Positions 29,986 to 39,151 of a stretch of 64,000 nucleotides of DNA are shown piece by piece. The position numbers and the translations under genes are program-made. Under the pieces are notes generated by a model, which saw only the letters and a program-made list of their open reading frames with translations, made no database searches and was not told the origin of the DNA. Numbering within the stretch: the stretch's first letter is position 1; the number at the start of each line of letters is the position of its first letter. Origin of the DNA: Gemmatimonadota bacterium (GTDB lineage Bacteria > Gemmatimonadota > Gemmatimonadetes > Gemmatimonadales > GWC2-71-9); contig QHTZ01000099.1 of the NCBI GenBank assembly GCA_003221005.1, forward strand, positions 2,829-66,828, given 5' to 3'.

Positions 29986-30061
29986 CGAGGGACGGGGGAC
30001 GAGGGACGTGTAGATCCGCTGCCACTCGTCCCCCGTCCCCCGTCCCCCGTCCCGCGTCCCT
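29985..30061. repeat. Inverted heptamer-array hairpin between convergent leuS and VIT1 genes (probable bidirectional terminator)
   Basis: (G[A/G]GGGAC)x3, loop, (CGTCCCC)x5 imperfect. Confidence 0.85.
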
Positions 30062-30062
30062 C

Positions 30063-31214
30063 CTAGAACACCTTCGCGACCATCTCCCCGACAAAGTACC
30101 CTACGCCCGCCACTCCGAGTCCCACGACGAACATGTCAGTCCCGCTTCGGATCACCCCCCGGCCGGTGAACAGGCTGCGCGCCGCGCCGACCAGGAAGTG
30201 CGACAGCATGGCGATCGTGAACGCCGTCCACGCCGCTGCGCGGGCCGGCAGCACCAGGAACGGTGCGACGGGGATCAACGCACCGACGGCGGTCGCGGCG
30301 CCCGTGAGCCACCCTTCCTTGAACGGCGTCGCGTGCGCCTCGCCGATCTTCAGCTCCTCGCGCACCTGCTCCCCCAGCGCGCGCTGCGGGTCCTGCATGA
30401 CCTCCGAGGCCATGCGGTGCGCCGTACGGGGATCGACGCCCTTGGCCTGGTAGAGCAGCATGAGCTCCTCCTGCTCCACGTCGGGCATCAGTCGGATCTC
30501 TTCCTTCTCCATCGCGATCTCGTGCGCGTACACCTCGAGCTCGCTCTTCGCCGCGAGGTACCCGGAGGCACCCATCGAGAGCGCGTCCGCGATCATCCCA
30601 GCGAGCCCGGACACGAGCACCACGTGCGGCGCCACGTCCGCCCCGATCACACCTGCGACGAGTCCGAAGTTGGCCGTCAGCCCGTCGTTGAACCCGTACA
30701 CCACGTTGCGCAGGAAGCCGCCCGACTCGGTCCGGTGCCACGGCTCGGAGCTGCGCCCGGCGAGACTCGCCAGCGTCTCGGCGTGCTCGGCCGACTCGCG
30801 GGCGAGGGTGAGCGACACCTGCCGCGCGTCCGCCGCCCGCGACGCCGCGTGCAGGTCCATGTAGCCCTTCACCTCGCGTCCCTCTTCCCGCAGCAACAGC
30901 GGCAGCAAGTAGCGCGGCCCGAAGCGTCGCCCCAGCCACGCCAGTATCCGCGCCTTGAAGGACGGCGGCGGGTCGGTCGCCACCGGTCGGCCGTTGTTAG
31001 AGAGCAGCTTGGCCCAGAGCTCGGTGTGTCGCCGCTCCCCGTCGGCGAGCTGCCGGTAGATTTCCTGCTTGCCCGGGTCGGGCTCTTGAGCCGCAAGCTC
31101 CCCATAGAGGTAGGCGGCGTCGGATTCGTCTTGCCAGTGGTGCAGCCATTCGTGTAGGCTGTGCCGATCTGGCGCTAGGCGTGGGGCGGGGGCGGGGGCG
31201 CGGGCCGTCATCAT
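30063..31214 (-). CDS. VIT1/CCC1 transporter with N-terminal ferritin/rubrerythrin-like domain
   Basis: DE..Y...ERRH...E...EH motifs; VYGFNDGL, ALSMGASGY. Confidence 0.92.
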   Translation of the reverse strand: MMTARAPAPAPRLAPDRHSLHEWLHHWQDESDAAYLYGELAAQEPDPGKQEIYRQLADGERRHTELWAKLLSNNGRPVATDPPPSFKARILAWLGRRFGPRYLLPLLLREEGREVKGYMDLHAASRAADARQVSLTLARESAEHAETLASLAGRSSEPWHRTESGGFLRNVVYGFNDGLTANFGLVAGVIGADVAPHVVLVSGLAGMIADALSMGASGYLAAKSELEVYAHEIAMEKEEIRLMPDVEQEELMLLYQAKGVDPRTAHRMASEVMQDPQRALGEQVREELKIGEAHATPFKEGWLTGAATAVGALIPVAPFLVLPARAAAWTAFTIAMLSHFLVGAARSLFTGRGVIRSGTDMFVVGLGVAGVGYFVGEMVAKVF

Positions 31215-31333
31215 CTAGAAGATAGTCGCAACTTGCAGGATGGCAATAGGTTAGACGATGTCACTGGATGCGGTCGTCCGCGCGTACTTGAGCGCGACGG
31301 CTTACGTCGTTCACGCATCTTAGCTTGCAGGAG

Positions 31334-31873
31334 ATGACGATCTCACTCGCCGTTTCGGACGTTCTGATCGCCCGAGCCAAATCCGGGGACGTGGAGGCTC
31401 TCGAGGCGCTGTACCGCGCCTTCGAGACGCCCGTCTACAACCTGGCGCGCCGCATCCTGCGGAGCCCCGAGGACGCGGAGGACGTGCTCCAGGAGACGTT
31501 TCTCGAAGTCGTGCGGAGCATTCGCTCGTTCCGGGGCGAGGGGCACCTGTGGAGCTGGATCCGCCAGATCGCGTCCTCGAAAGCGCTGATGCGCATCCGG
31601 CGACATCAAGTTCGGGCGGAGGAAGCGTTCGACGAGGAAGCGACCGCCGGTTCGCCTCCCGTAGGCGTGCCCGCGCGCGTGGACCTCGAGCGGGCGTTTG
31701 AGCGGCTGAGCGAGACGTCGCGCGCGGTGGTGTGGTTTCACGACGTCGAAGGGTATACGCACGAGGAGATTGCGGAGATGATGGGCAAGACGGTGAGTTT
31801 TTCGAAGTCGCAGCTGGCGCGGGCCCACGCGCGGCTGCGGCGCATGTTGGAAGGGGAAGGGGCGACCCGATGA
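31334..31873 (+). CDS. ECF RNA polymerase sigma factor
   Basis: DAEDVLQETF, WIRQIA, EGYTHEEIAEMMG..SKSQLARA. Confidence 0.93.
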   Translation: MTISLAVSDVLIARAKSGDVEALEALYRAFETPVYNLARRILRSPEDAEDVLQETFLEVVRSIRSFRGEGHLWSWIRQIASSKALMRIRRHQVRAEEAFDEEATAGSPPVGVPARVDLERAFERLSETSRAVVWFHDVEGYTHEEIAEMMGKTVSFSKSQLARAHARLRRMLEGEGATR

Positions 31874-32457
31874 TGCACTGCACAATTGAGGAGCTGCTCG
31901 CCCTGCGGGCGAACGAAGGATCCGTGTGGGCGCGGCAGCATCTGGAAGCCTGTCCCGCGTGCCGCGCGGAGCTCGAGGCGCTGTACCAGCGCGTGGCGCA
32001 GCTCAAAGCGCTGCCGGTACTGGGGCCCGCCCGGGACCGCTGGCCGGTGATCCGCGACCATCTCGCGGCGCAGCAGCTGCGCCGCCGCCGGCGCTGGACC
32101 GCCTGGGGCCTCGCGGCAGCGGCGGCCGTGATCGGGGTGATCGTGTTGCGCCCCTTCGGGGGCGAGCAAGCGTACGGGGACGAGCTGGCGCAGGCCAAGC
32201 GACAGTCGGCCTCGCTCGAGGCGCAGCTGCAGCGCTACGACCCCGATTCGCGGGTGGAGACCGGTCGCGCGGCCGCGCTCGCCGCCGAGCTCGAGGACCG
32301 GATCGCGGCGGTGGACGCGGAGCTGGCGCGGTTGAATGTCGGCGCGCCGGCTGACCGGGGCGATCGTGACCTGGTGAAGCTATGGCAGGACCGCGTGGGC
32401 CTGATGCAGCAGCTCATGGAAGTCCACGTCACGCGCGCGTCCTACGTCGGGTTGTAG
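31870..32457 (+). CDS. Zinc-binding anti-sigma factor-like membrane protein
   Basis: HLEACPAC (HxxxCxxC), one TM segment, coiled-coil C-terminus; ATGA overlap with the sigma gene. Confidence 0.8.
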   Translation: MMHCTIEELLALRANEGSVWARQHLEACPACRAELEALYQRVAQLKALPVLGPARDRWPVIRDHLAAQQLRRRRRWTAWGLAAAAAVIGVIVLRPFGGEQAYGDELAQAKRQSASLEAQLQRYDPDSRVETGRAAALAAELEDRIAAVDAELARLNVGAPADRGDRDLVKLWQDRVGLMQQLMEVHVTRASYVGL

Positions 32458-32496
32458 CGGGCCGTCGTGGAGATCATTCGGAAGGGTAGGAACTAC

Positions 32497-33396
32497 ATGA
32501 AGACGGCCACCGCAGTCCTTGCACTCGCGACCCTCATCCTAGGTGGGGCCGGTAGCGCAGCAGGCCAGGAGCCTCCGCGCGTCCCCGCCGCACCCGCTCC
32601 CCCTCGTGCCACGCGCCACCCCCGCGCGTGGGCGTTCTCGATGGACGACCACCACGGCCGGCTGGGGGTGCTCGTGAACACGGATGCCAACCCCGCGATG
32701 GACAGCGTCGGGGCGCGACTCGAGGCGGTGACGCCGGGTGGCCCCGCGGCCAAGGCGGGGCTCAAGGCAGGCGACGTCATCACGCGATTCAACGGTACCG
32801 GGCTCGCCGGCCCGCGGGGCGATGATGACGAGTCAGGTCCCGGCCAGAAGCTCGTGCAGCTGGCGCGTGCGCTCGCTCCCGGCGACACGGTGCAGATCGA
32901 GTATCGCCGGGGGGGCGGGACCGACGTCAAGAAGACGACGCTCGTCGCAGCGGAGGTGGGCGGCATGGGCCGCATGATGGATATGGACCGCGTCGAGCTA
33001 CGGGCGCCTCACGTGATGGACATGCTCCCACACGAGGGCGAGTTCTCATTCTGCTTTGGGGACGCCTGGTGCGACATGGAGCTGGTCAGCCTCAACCCGG
33101 ACCTGGGCGAGTACTTCGGGACCAAGGAAGGGGTCTTGGTCGTCAAGGCGCCCGCCGACTCGAGCCTGCCGCTCAAGAGCGGGGACGTGATCCAGGCGAT
33201 CGGCGCGCGCAAGCCCACGTCCGCTTCCCACGCGATGCGCATCCTGCGCTCTTACGACACCGGCGAGACGGTCACGATCGAGGTCATGCGGAAGCAGAAG
33301 CGGACCAGCATCACCTGGCACGTGCCGAGTCGCGGCGAGCGCGGACGCCCGTACATGCGGGTGCACCGCGACTCGGACGAGGACGACCCTAACTAG
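32497..33396 (+). CDS. Secreted tandem-PDZ protein
   Basis: Signal peptide; GRLGV, GPAAKAGLKAGDVI, LKSGDVI; no trypsin domain seen. Confidence 0.85.
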   Translation: MKTATAVLALATLILGGAGSAAGQEPPRVPAAPAPPRATRHPRAWAFSMDDHHGRLGVLVNTDANPAMDSVGARLEAVTPGGPAAKAGLKAGDVITRFNGTGLAGPRGDDDESGPGQKLVQLARALAPGDTVQIEYRRGGGTDVKKTTLVAAEVGGMGRMMDMDRVELRAPHVMDMLPHEGEFSFCFGDAWCDMELVSLNPDLGEYFGTKEGVLVVKAPADSSLPLKSGDVIQAIGARKPTSASHAMRILRSYDTGETVTIEVMRKQKRTSITWHVPSRGERGRPYMRVHRDSDEDDPN

Positions 33397-33400
33397 CTAA

Positions 33401-33426
33401 CGGGCCACGCAGCTCAGCGTGGCCCG
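33401..33426. terminator. Hairpin between convergent genes
   Basis: Perfect 10-bp stem CGGGCCACGC / GCGTGGCCCG with a 6-nt loop. Confidence 0.65.
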
Positions 33427-33447
33427 CTGTGCGTCGCGCCGCCGCGC

Positions 33448-35361
33448 TCACTTGCTGCGGCGGGCGTGCGGGAGTGCCTGGTCGAAGGCGGTGAACTCGA
33501 ACGGCTTGGGGATGTAGGGCCGGCCGGTGGAGGCGAGGAAGTTGCGCACCTGCTCGTCCACCAGCTGGCCGGTCGTGAAGATCACCCGCTCGGCATGGGC
33601 CGGGTCCTTCACCCGCAGCTCCTCGTACAGCTGCTCTCCGGAGAGGTCGGGCATCCGCATATCCACGACCACCGCGTCGAAGGTACCCTCGCGCAGCCGC
33701 GCCAACGCGTCTCGGCCGCTCGCCGTGGTCTCGATCTCGTGCCCGCGCGAGGCGAAGTAGCGCTGCAGGGCGACGCGGACGGAGGCCTCGTCGTCCACCA
33801 CGAGAATGCGGAGCCGCTCGCCAGCGGCCGCGCTGGTCGGCGTTCCGGCGAACTGCTCGCTCTCCTGTGACGCGACGAGCGGCAGCTCGATCGTGAAGTG
33901 GGCGCCGCCCGTGGGGGCGTTTTCGGCCCAGATCTTTCCCTCGTGCTCGCGCACGATGCCGAGCGAGATCGAGAGCCCGAGGCCGGTGCCTGACCCCGTG
34001 GGCTTGGTGGTGAAGAACGGATTGAAGATCCGCTCGAGCAGGTTCGGGGGGATCCCGGGGCCGCTGTCCTCCACCTCGATCCGGATGACGTTGCCGGCGC
34101 GGCGCGTGCTGACGAGCAGGCGCTGGGTGTTCCCCTGGCGCTTCTCCATCGCCTGTTCCGCGTTGGTGATCAGGTTTAGGAACACCTGCTGCAGCTGGTG
34201 CGCGTCGGCCATCGTCTCGGGAAGGTCTTCGTCGTAGTCCCGCACGACTTCGATGCCCCGGACCCGCAGCTCGTATCCCCGGAGCTCGAGCGCGTCGTCC
34301 AGCACCTGATTGAGGGACGTGGAGGTTCGCTCGGGCTTGTGCTGGCGCGCGAAGGTGAGAAGGTTCTGCACGATGCGCGACGCCCGGCGTGCCTCGGCGT
34401 AGATCATCTCGGCGGCGGTGCGCTGGTCGGGGGGGAAGCGCTTTTCCGTGAGCAACAGCTGGGCGAAGGCGGAGATACCCGCCAGCGGGTTGTTCAACTC
34501 GTGCGCCACGCCCGAGACGAGCTGCCCGATCGCGGACATCTTCTCCGACTGGATCAGCTGCTCCTGCAACATCTTCTGATCGGTCACGTCACGAATGAGG
34601 CAGAGCACCTCCTCGTCGCGCTGCGGCGTCGAGTACGTCACGGAGATGGTGCGGATCTCCCGGTCCTTGCGGTAAAACGTCGTCTCGTACTGCCCCGTCT
34701 CCCCCGCCAACGCCTTCTGGAAGTGGCCCAGTACCTTGGGAAGCTCGTCGTCGGGGAGCATCGGGGCGAACCACTGCCCGATCAGCTCCTCGCGCCGGTA
34801 CCCCGAGAGCAGCTCGCCGGCGTGATTGACCGTGGTGAACCGGCCGCTCGCGTCGAACGTCACGATCGCGTCGGACGCCGACTCGACGAGGTTGCGGTAG
34901 CGCGCCTCGGAGCGGGCGAGCGTGTCATGGGCCCGCTTTTGGTCGGTGATGTCTCGCAGCATCGCGACGGTCCCGACCAACTCGCCGTCCAGCTCGAGCG
35001 GCGTCGTCGAGACCGCCACGTCGCGTTCGACCCCGTCCAGCCGTATGATCTTTGTCTCGTAGCGCTGTTCCTCGCCCCCCCGCGCGCGCTGCTCCCGCTC
35101 CTCGACGTGCGGCCGCTCCTCCGCGATGACGAGCTCGTTGACCGCCGTGCCCGGCAGGTCTTCGAGCGGCCGCCCGAACAGCTCGGCGGCGGCGCGGTTG
35201 ACCGTGAGGATGCGGCGGTCGGTGCCCGTGACCACGACCGCGTCCGCCAGCGCCGCGACGATCTCGCGAGCGATGGCGAGCGGATCGAACGCTGCCCGCT
35301 TCGCGGTCGCGGCCGATTCCCGCAGCTCCCGCGACGGCGATGTGCGTTGCCGCCTACTCAT
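33448..35361 (-). CDS. Cytoplasmic PAS-PAS hybrid histidine kinase with receiver domain
   Basis: AHELNNP, NLITNA, DSGPG, FFTTK, GTGLGL; REC motifs VDDE, DMRMP, KPF. Confidence 0.95.
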   Translation of the reverse strand: MSRRQRTSPSRELRESAATAKRAAFDPLAIAREIVAALADAVVVTGTDRRILTVNRAAAELFGRPLEDLPGTAVNELVIAEERPHVEEREQRARGGEEQRYETKIIRLDGVERDVAVSTTPLELDGELVGTVAMLRDITDQKRAHDTLARSEARYRNLVESASDAIVTFDASGRFTTVNHAGELLSGYRREELIGQWFAPMLPDDELPKVLGHFQKALAGETGQYETTFYRKDREIRTISVTYSTPQRDEEVLCLIRDVTDQKMLQEQLIQSEKMSAIGQLVSGVAHELNNPLAGISAFAQLLLTEKRFPPDQRTAAEMIYAEARRASRIVQNLLTFARQHKPERTSTSLNQVLDDALELRGYELRVRGIEVVRDYDEDLPETMADAHQLQQVFLNLITNAEQAMEKRQGNTQRLLVSTRRAGNVIRIEVEDSGPGIPPNLLERIFNPFFTTKPTGSGTGLGLSISLGIVREHEGKIWAENAPTGGAHFTIELPLVASQESEQFAGTPTSAAAGERLRILVVDDEASVRVALQRYFASRGHEIETTASGRDALARLREGTFDAVVVDMRMPDLSGEQLYEELRVKDPAHAERVIFTTGQLVDEQVRNFLASTGRPYIPKPFEFTAFDQALPHARRSK

Positions 35362-36032
35362 GTCTCATACGATGCCGTCATGGCCTCCCGCATCAGCTTG
35401 AGGCTTTTCACCGAGGCGGTGCTTACCTCCTCGGCCTCCTCGCCCTTCGCCACGCAGCGCTTAATGATTTCGAGAGCATGCAGCGGGTGCTCGTCGTCGT
35501 ACTTGGCATGCTCCTCGAGCCACCAGCGGCCGCGCGGACCGATCTTCTCGTTGTTGCCCAGGCCCCGCAGCGCCTTTTCCGAGATCTTCTGCGCCACTCC
35601 CTCTACCGCATAGTTCACGGCGCCGACCGCCGCGGCGAATGCCGCCGTACGGCTCATGGCCGTGAGATAGTCGTGGAACACCCGCGTTTCCGGAATCATC
35701 GGCTCCGGGATCTTGAACCGCTCCCGCGGCACGTTGAACCCGTCGCCCATCGCCCGCCACATGGCGTCGTGGCGCTTCTCCACCCTGATATTATCCCTGA
35801 AAAACGCTTGCCCCTCGGCCGGAGAGCGATCCAGCAGCATCTGGAGCCATTGCGGAAAGTCCCGGATGATGGGGTAGAAGGCAACCAGGAAGTTCTGAAC
35901 CTTGCCGTCGGCTAGGTGGTTCTCCGACGCCTCTACCACCACCTTCGTGTCGAGGATCGCCTCACGATGCGGCTCCAACGCCGCATCCAGATCGGCGACC
36001 CAAGGCGGGTGGGGAGTGACCTGCACAGTCAT
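35358..36032 (-). CDS. Heme-oxygenase-like diiron protein (TenA/PqqC/CADD superfamily)
   Basis: EKRH, AVEG, HAKYDDEH metal-ligand pattern. Confidence 0.8.
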   Translation of the reverse strand: MTVQVTPHPPWVADLDAALEPHREAILDTKVVVEASENHLADGKVQNFLVAFYPIIRDFPQWLQMLLDRSPAEGQAFFRDNIRVEKRHDAMWRAMGDGFNVPRERFKIPEPMIPETRVFHDYLTAMSRTAAFAAAVGAVNYAVEGVAQKISEKALRGLGNNEKIGPRGRWWLEEHAKYDDEHPLHALEIIKRCVAKGEEAEEVSTASVKSLKLMREAMTASYET

Positions 36033-36200
36033 GCGAGCTCCTTACAGGGCGCGAGCGGTCGGAAACAGGGGACCTAGCAAGCGCACTAATCTACACCCGG
36101 CATGGAGTGACGCAAATTGAGATAGCGTGGTGACTTGGGACACATCAGGTGGACCCTAGGAAGCCCTCCAGTTGCACCAGTTTGGGCTGACCCTCGCCCA

Positions 36201-36230
36201 TTGACACGATATATCTACACGCAGTAACTT
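36201..36230 (+). promoter_or_regulatory. Sigma70 promoter with palindromic operator upstream of padR
   Basis: TTGACA (36201), 18-nt spacer, TAACTT; palindrome GATATATC at 36208-36215 within the spacer. Confidence 0.6.
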
Positions 36231-36258
36231 GACGTAACATCTTACCACAGGTGCAATC

Positions 36259-36795
36259 ATGACACGCGGACTCGGATGGGACGCCTTCGGCTTCGGGTTT
36301 GGCCCGCGAGCCTGGGCCTGGTCGGGGCGGCGGCGCCGCCGGCAATGGTTTGAGTCCGGGGATATGAAGTACGTGATCCTCAAGCTGCTCCAAGACAAGC
36401 CCCGACATGGCTATGAGGTCATGAAGGAGCTGGAGGAGCGGATGCACGGCTGTTACAGCCCCTCTCCCGGGACCGTCTACCCCACCCTGCAGTGGCTCGA
36501 GGACGAGGGCCTGGTCACAGCGCGAGACGTGGATGGCAAGAAGGTTTACGAGGTGACCGACGCGGGGCGACAGTTTCTCCAGGAGCACCGCGACGTCGTA
36601 GACGACATCTTCGAGCGGGTGCGCGAGGCGGTGGATCGGGTGGCTGGCGGGGGGATGGTCGACGTCAACCGTGCCCTCGGGCGGGTGGTCAAGGCCGTAT
36701 ACCGCGCCGGCTGGAAGGTCGATGAAGCGGCGCGGAAACGCGTCGCCGAGCTGCTCGCCAAGGCGGCGGAGGAGATCGAGGGGCTGGCAAACTGA
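36259..36795 (+). CDS. PadR-family transcriptional regulator
   Basis: PRHGYEVM, SPGTVYPTLQ.LEDEG, KKVYEVTDAG. Confidence 0.93.
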   Translation: MTRGLGWDAFGFGFGPRAWAWSGRRRRRQWFESGDMKYVILKLLQDKPRHGYEVMKELEERMHGCYSPSPGTVYPTLQWLEDEGLVTARDVDGKKVYEVTDAGRQFLQEHRDVVDDIFERVREAVDRVAGGGMVDVNRALGRVVKAVYRAGWKVDEAARKRVAELLAKAAEEIEGLAN

Positions 36796-36806
36796 CGGAG
36801 ACGCAG

Positions 36807-38165
36807 ATGGAGCGCGGCAGGCGGCAGGCGATCGTGATGGGCGGCAGCATGGCCGGATTGCTGGCCGCCCGTGTCTTGAGCGACCACTTCGACCACGTCA
36901 CTGTGATCGAGCGGGACCGCTTCCCCGAGGGCCCTGAGCATCGCAAGGGCGTGCCCCAGGGGCGACACTTTCACATCCTGCTCAAGCGGGGCGAAGCTGC
37001 CCTGGCGCGCTTCTTCCCGGATCTGGCGCCGGCGCTCACGGACGGCGGGGCTCCTGTCGTGGACATCGGCGCCGACATGCGCATCTACCAGTACGGCGAC
37101 TACAAGGTCCAGTGCGCCACCGAGGCATGTCTGGTTTTTCTGAGCCGCCCGTTTCTGGAGTGGCACGTGCGCCAGCGGGTGCTTTCCCGCAAGAACGTCG
37201 CGGCGCTCGACCAGTGCGACGTCGGAGGACTCATCACCAATGGCGATCACACGCGTGTGAGCGGCGTGACCGTCCAGCGGTCCCCAGGACGGGGGCAGGA
37301 GACACTGGAGGCCGACCTCGTCGTGGACGCTACCGGACGGGGGTCGCAGTCGGCGGCATGGCTGGAAGGGCTGGGGTATCCCCGACCGCCCGAAACGACC
37401 GTGACCGTGGACCTCTCGTACACCAGCCGCGTGTACCGGCGCACGCCTGCCGATCTACCGGGCGCCAAGGCCGCCTACGCCCTCCCCAAGCCACCGCACG
37501 AGAAGCGCTTCGGGGCGCTCTTCCCCATGGAAGGGCAACGCTGGATCGCCACGCTCGGCGGCTGGCTGGGAGAGTGCGCTCCGGCGCACGAGGCGGGGTT
37601 TCTGCAGTTCGCCCGAGGCCTTCCCGCGCCCGACATCGCCGCTGTCCTGCCGCGCCTCGAGCCGCTGACCGACTTTGTCGTCCATCACTTCCCGGCGAAC
37701 CGCTGGCGGCACTACGAGCGCCTGGCCCGGTTTCCCCTAGGCTATCTGATCGTGGGCGACGCCATGTGCAGCTTCAACCCCGTCTACGGGCAAGGCATGA
37801 CGGTCAGCGCGCTCGAAGCGCAGACGCTCGATGACTGTTTGCGGGAGCGTGGCGATGGCGACCTGAGCGAGCTGTCGCGGAATTTCTTCGGGCGCGCGGC
37901 CAAGGCGGTGGCCGAAGCCTGGCTGATGACGGTCACTGAGGATTTCCGTCACCCGGGCGTCGCGGGCACCAGGCCGCGCGGCAGCGGCGTGATGAACTGG
38001 TACACGGGGAGGATCTACGAGGCGGCGGTCTACGACGCATACGTGTACCGCTCGTTTCTCCAGGTCCTCACCATGCTGCGTCCCCCGGCGAGCCTGCTCG
38101 GACCGCGCCTGTTGCTGCGGGTAATGAGTGGGGGCCGGGGCGGAGGCCGGAGACCGAAGGTCTAG
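36807..38165 (+). CDS. FAD-dependent oxidoreductase (monooxygenase/epoxidase-like)
   Basis: GGSMAG, ERD, VDATGRGS, GDA.CSFNPVYGQGM. Confidence 0.88.
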   Translation: MERGRRQAIVMGGSMAGLLAARVLSDHFDHVTVIERDRFPEGPEHRKGVPQGRHFHILLKRGEAALARFFPDLAPALTDGGAPVVDIGADMRIYQYGDYKVQCATEACLVFLSRPFLEWHVRQRVLSRKNVAALDQCDVGGLITNGDHTRVSGVTVQRSPGRGQETLEADLVVDATGRGSQSAAWLEGLGYPRPPETTVTVDLSYTSRVYRRTPADLPGAKAAYALPKPPHEKRFGALFPMEGQRWIATLGGWLGECAPAHEAGFLQFARGLPAPDIAAVLPRLEPLTDFVVHHFPANRWRHYERLARFPLGYLIVGDAMCSFNPVYGQGMTVSALEAQTLDDCLRERGDGDLSELSRNFFGRAAKAVAEAWLMTVTEDFRHPGVAGTRPRGSGVMNWYTGRIYEAAVYDAYVYRSFLQVLTMLRPPASLLGPRLLLRVMSGGRGGGRRPKV

Positions 38166-39151
38166 CGACCGCGTCTGTTGCGCAGCTCGTCGAGCGCGCC
38201 TTTCACGTACACGCGCGTCATCTGCTTCCGCCACGACAGGTCGAAGTCGGTGTTGTCGAGCGGCTTCGCCGGGCGGTAGGCCGACTCGGCGGCCGCCGCG
38301 ATGCGCTCGTCCGAGAGGTGCTCCCCTCGCAGCGCGGCGCCCGCTTCGGGCACCTCCAGGGGTTGGCTTGCCACCCCGCCCAGCACGATCCGCGCGTCGG
38401 CAACCACGGCGTCATCCCAGCGAACCCACGCCGCGACCCCGAGGACCGGGAAGTCAAAGGACCCGCGGCGGCGGAGCTTGCGGTATACCGCGTCCCACCC
38501 GTCCGGCGGCGGGAGGCGAACCTCGACCAGGATTTCGTCGGGGTGCTTGGCCAGATAGTTGATGCCGTCGTTCTGATAGAGACGCGCGGCGGGGACCATG
38601 CGCTCGCCTCCGGGGCCGACCAGCAGGAATTCCGCGCCGATCGCGACCGCGACGGGCGCGACGTCGGACGAGCTCACCGCCCAGCAGCGGGGGCTGGACG
38701 GCGCCACCCAGCAGATCGCCCCGTCCTTCTTCATGCAGAAGTCGATCGCCTTCCGCCACTCGTAGGTCTGGTTGTAGTAGTTGCAGCGGGTGTCGAGGCA
38801 CAGGTTGCCGCCCAGCGTCCCCATGTTGCGGAGCAGCGGAGTGCTCACCAGCTCGGCCGCGTGCGCGACTGCGGAATACTTCCGGCGGATTGCCGGATGG
38901 GCGGCCAGGTCGGTCAAACTCGTGTTTGCGCCGACCACGCATCCCGCATCCCGCATCTCGCATCCCGTGAGCTCCCGGATTCCCATCAAAGAGATGACGG
39001 TGCGCGGCTCTTGATGTCGCCGCTTCATGTTGGGGTAGAGGTCGGTCCCGCCGGCGACGTACATCCCGTCCGCCCCCGCGTCGGTCTTGGCGGCGACGGC
39101 CTCGCGCACGCTGCGAGGCTGGCGATAGGTGAAGCTGGGAAGGCGTAGCAC
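38162..39151 (-). CDS. Xanthine-oxidase-family FAD subunit with [4Fe-4S] insert (HcrB-like)
   Basis: AGGTDL, TLGGNL, C-x15-C-x7-C-x8-C insert; GTG start. Confidence 0.88.
   Translation of the reverse strand: MLRLPSFTYRQPRSVREAVAAKTDAGADGMYVAGGTDLYPNMKRRHQEPRTVISLMGIRELTGCEMRDAGCVVGANTSLTDLAAHPAIRRKYSAVAHAAELVSTPLLRNMGTLGGNLCLDTRCNYYNQTYEWRKAIDFCMKKDGAICWVAPSSPRCWAVSSSDVAPVAVAIGAEFLLVGPGGERMVPAARLYQNDGINYLAKHPDEILVEVRLPPPDGWDAVYRKLRRRGSFDFPVLGVAAWVRWDDAVVADARIVLGGVASQPLEVPEAGAALRGEHLSDERIAAAAESAYRPAKPLDNTDFDLSWRKQMTRVYVKGALDELRNRRGR
38938..38965 (-). repeat. 4 x heptamer ([G/A]GATGCG on the coding strand) inside the FAD subunit gene
   Basis: Plus strand CGCATCC CGCATCC CGCATCT CGCATCC; encodes GCEMRDAGC. 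Confidence 0.85.

Noticed and set aside
36129-36144. CRP/FNR-like site GGTGA-N6-ACACA upstream of the diiron gene
   Set aside because: Two mismatches and non-canonical spacing from the putative -10; not supportable alone.
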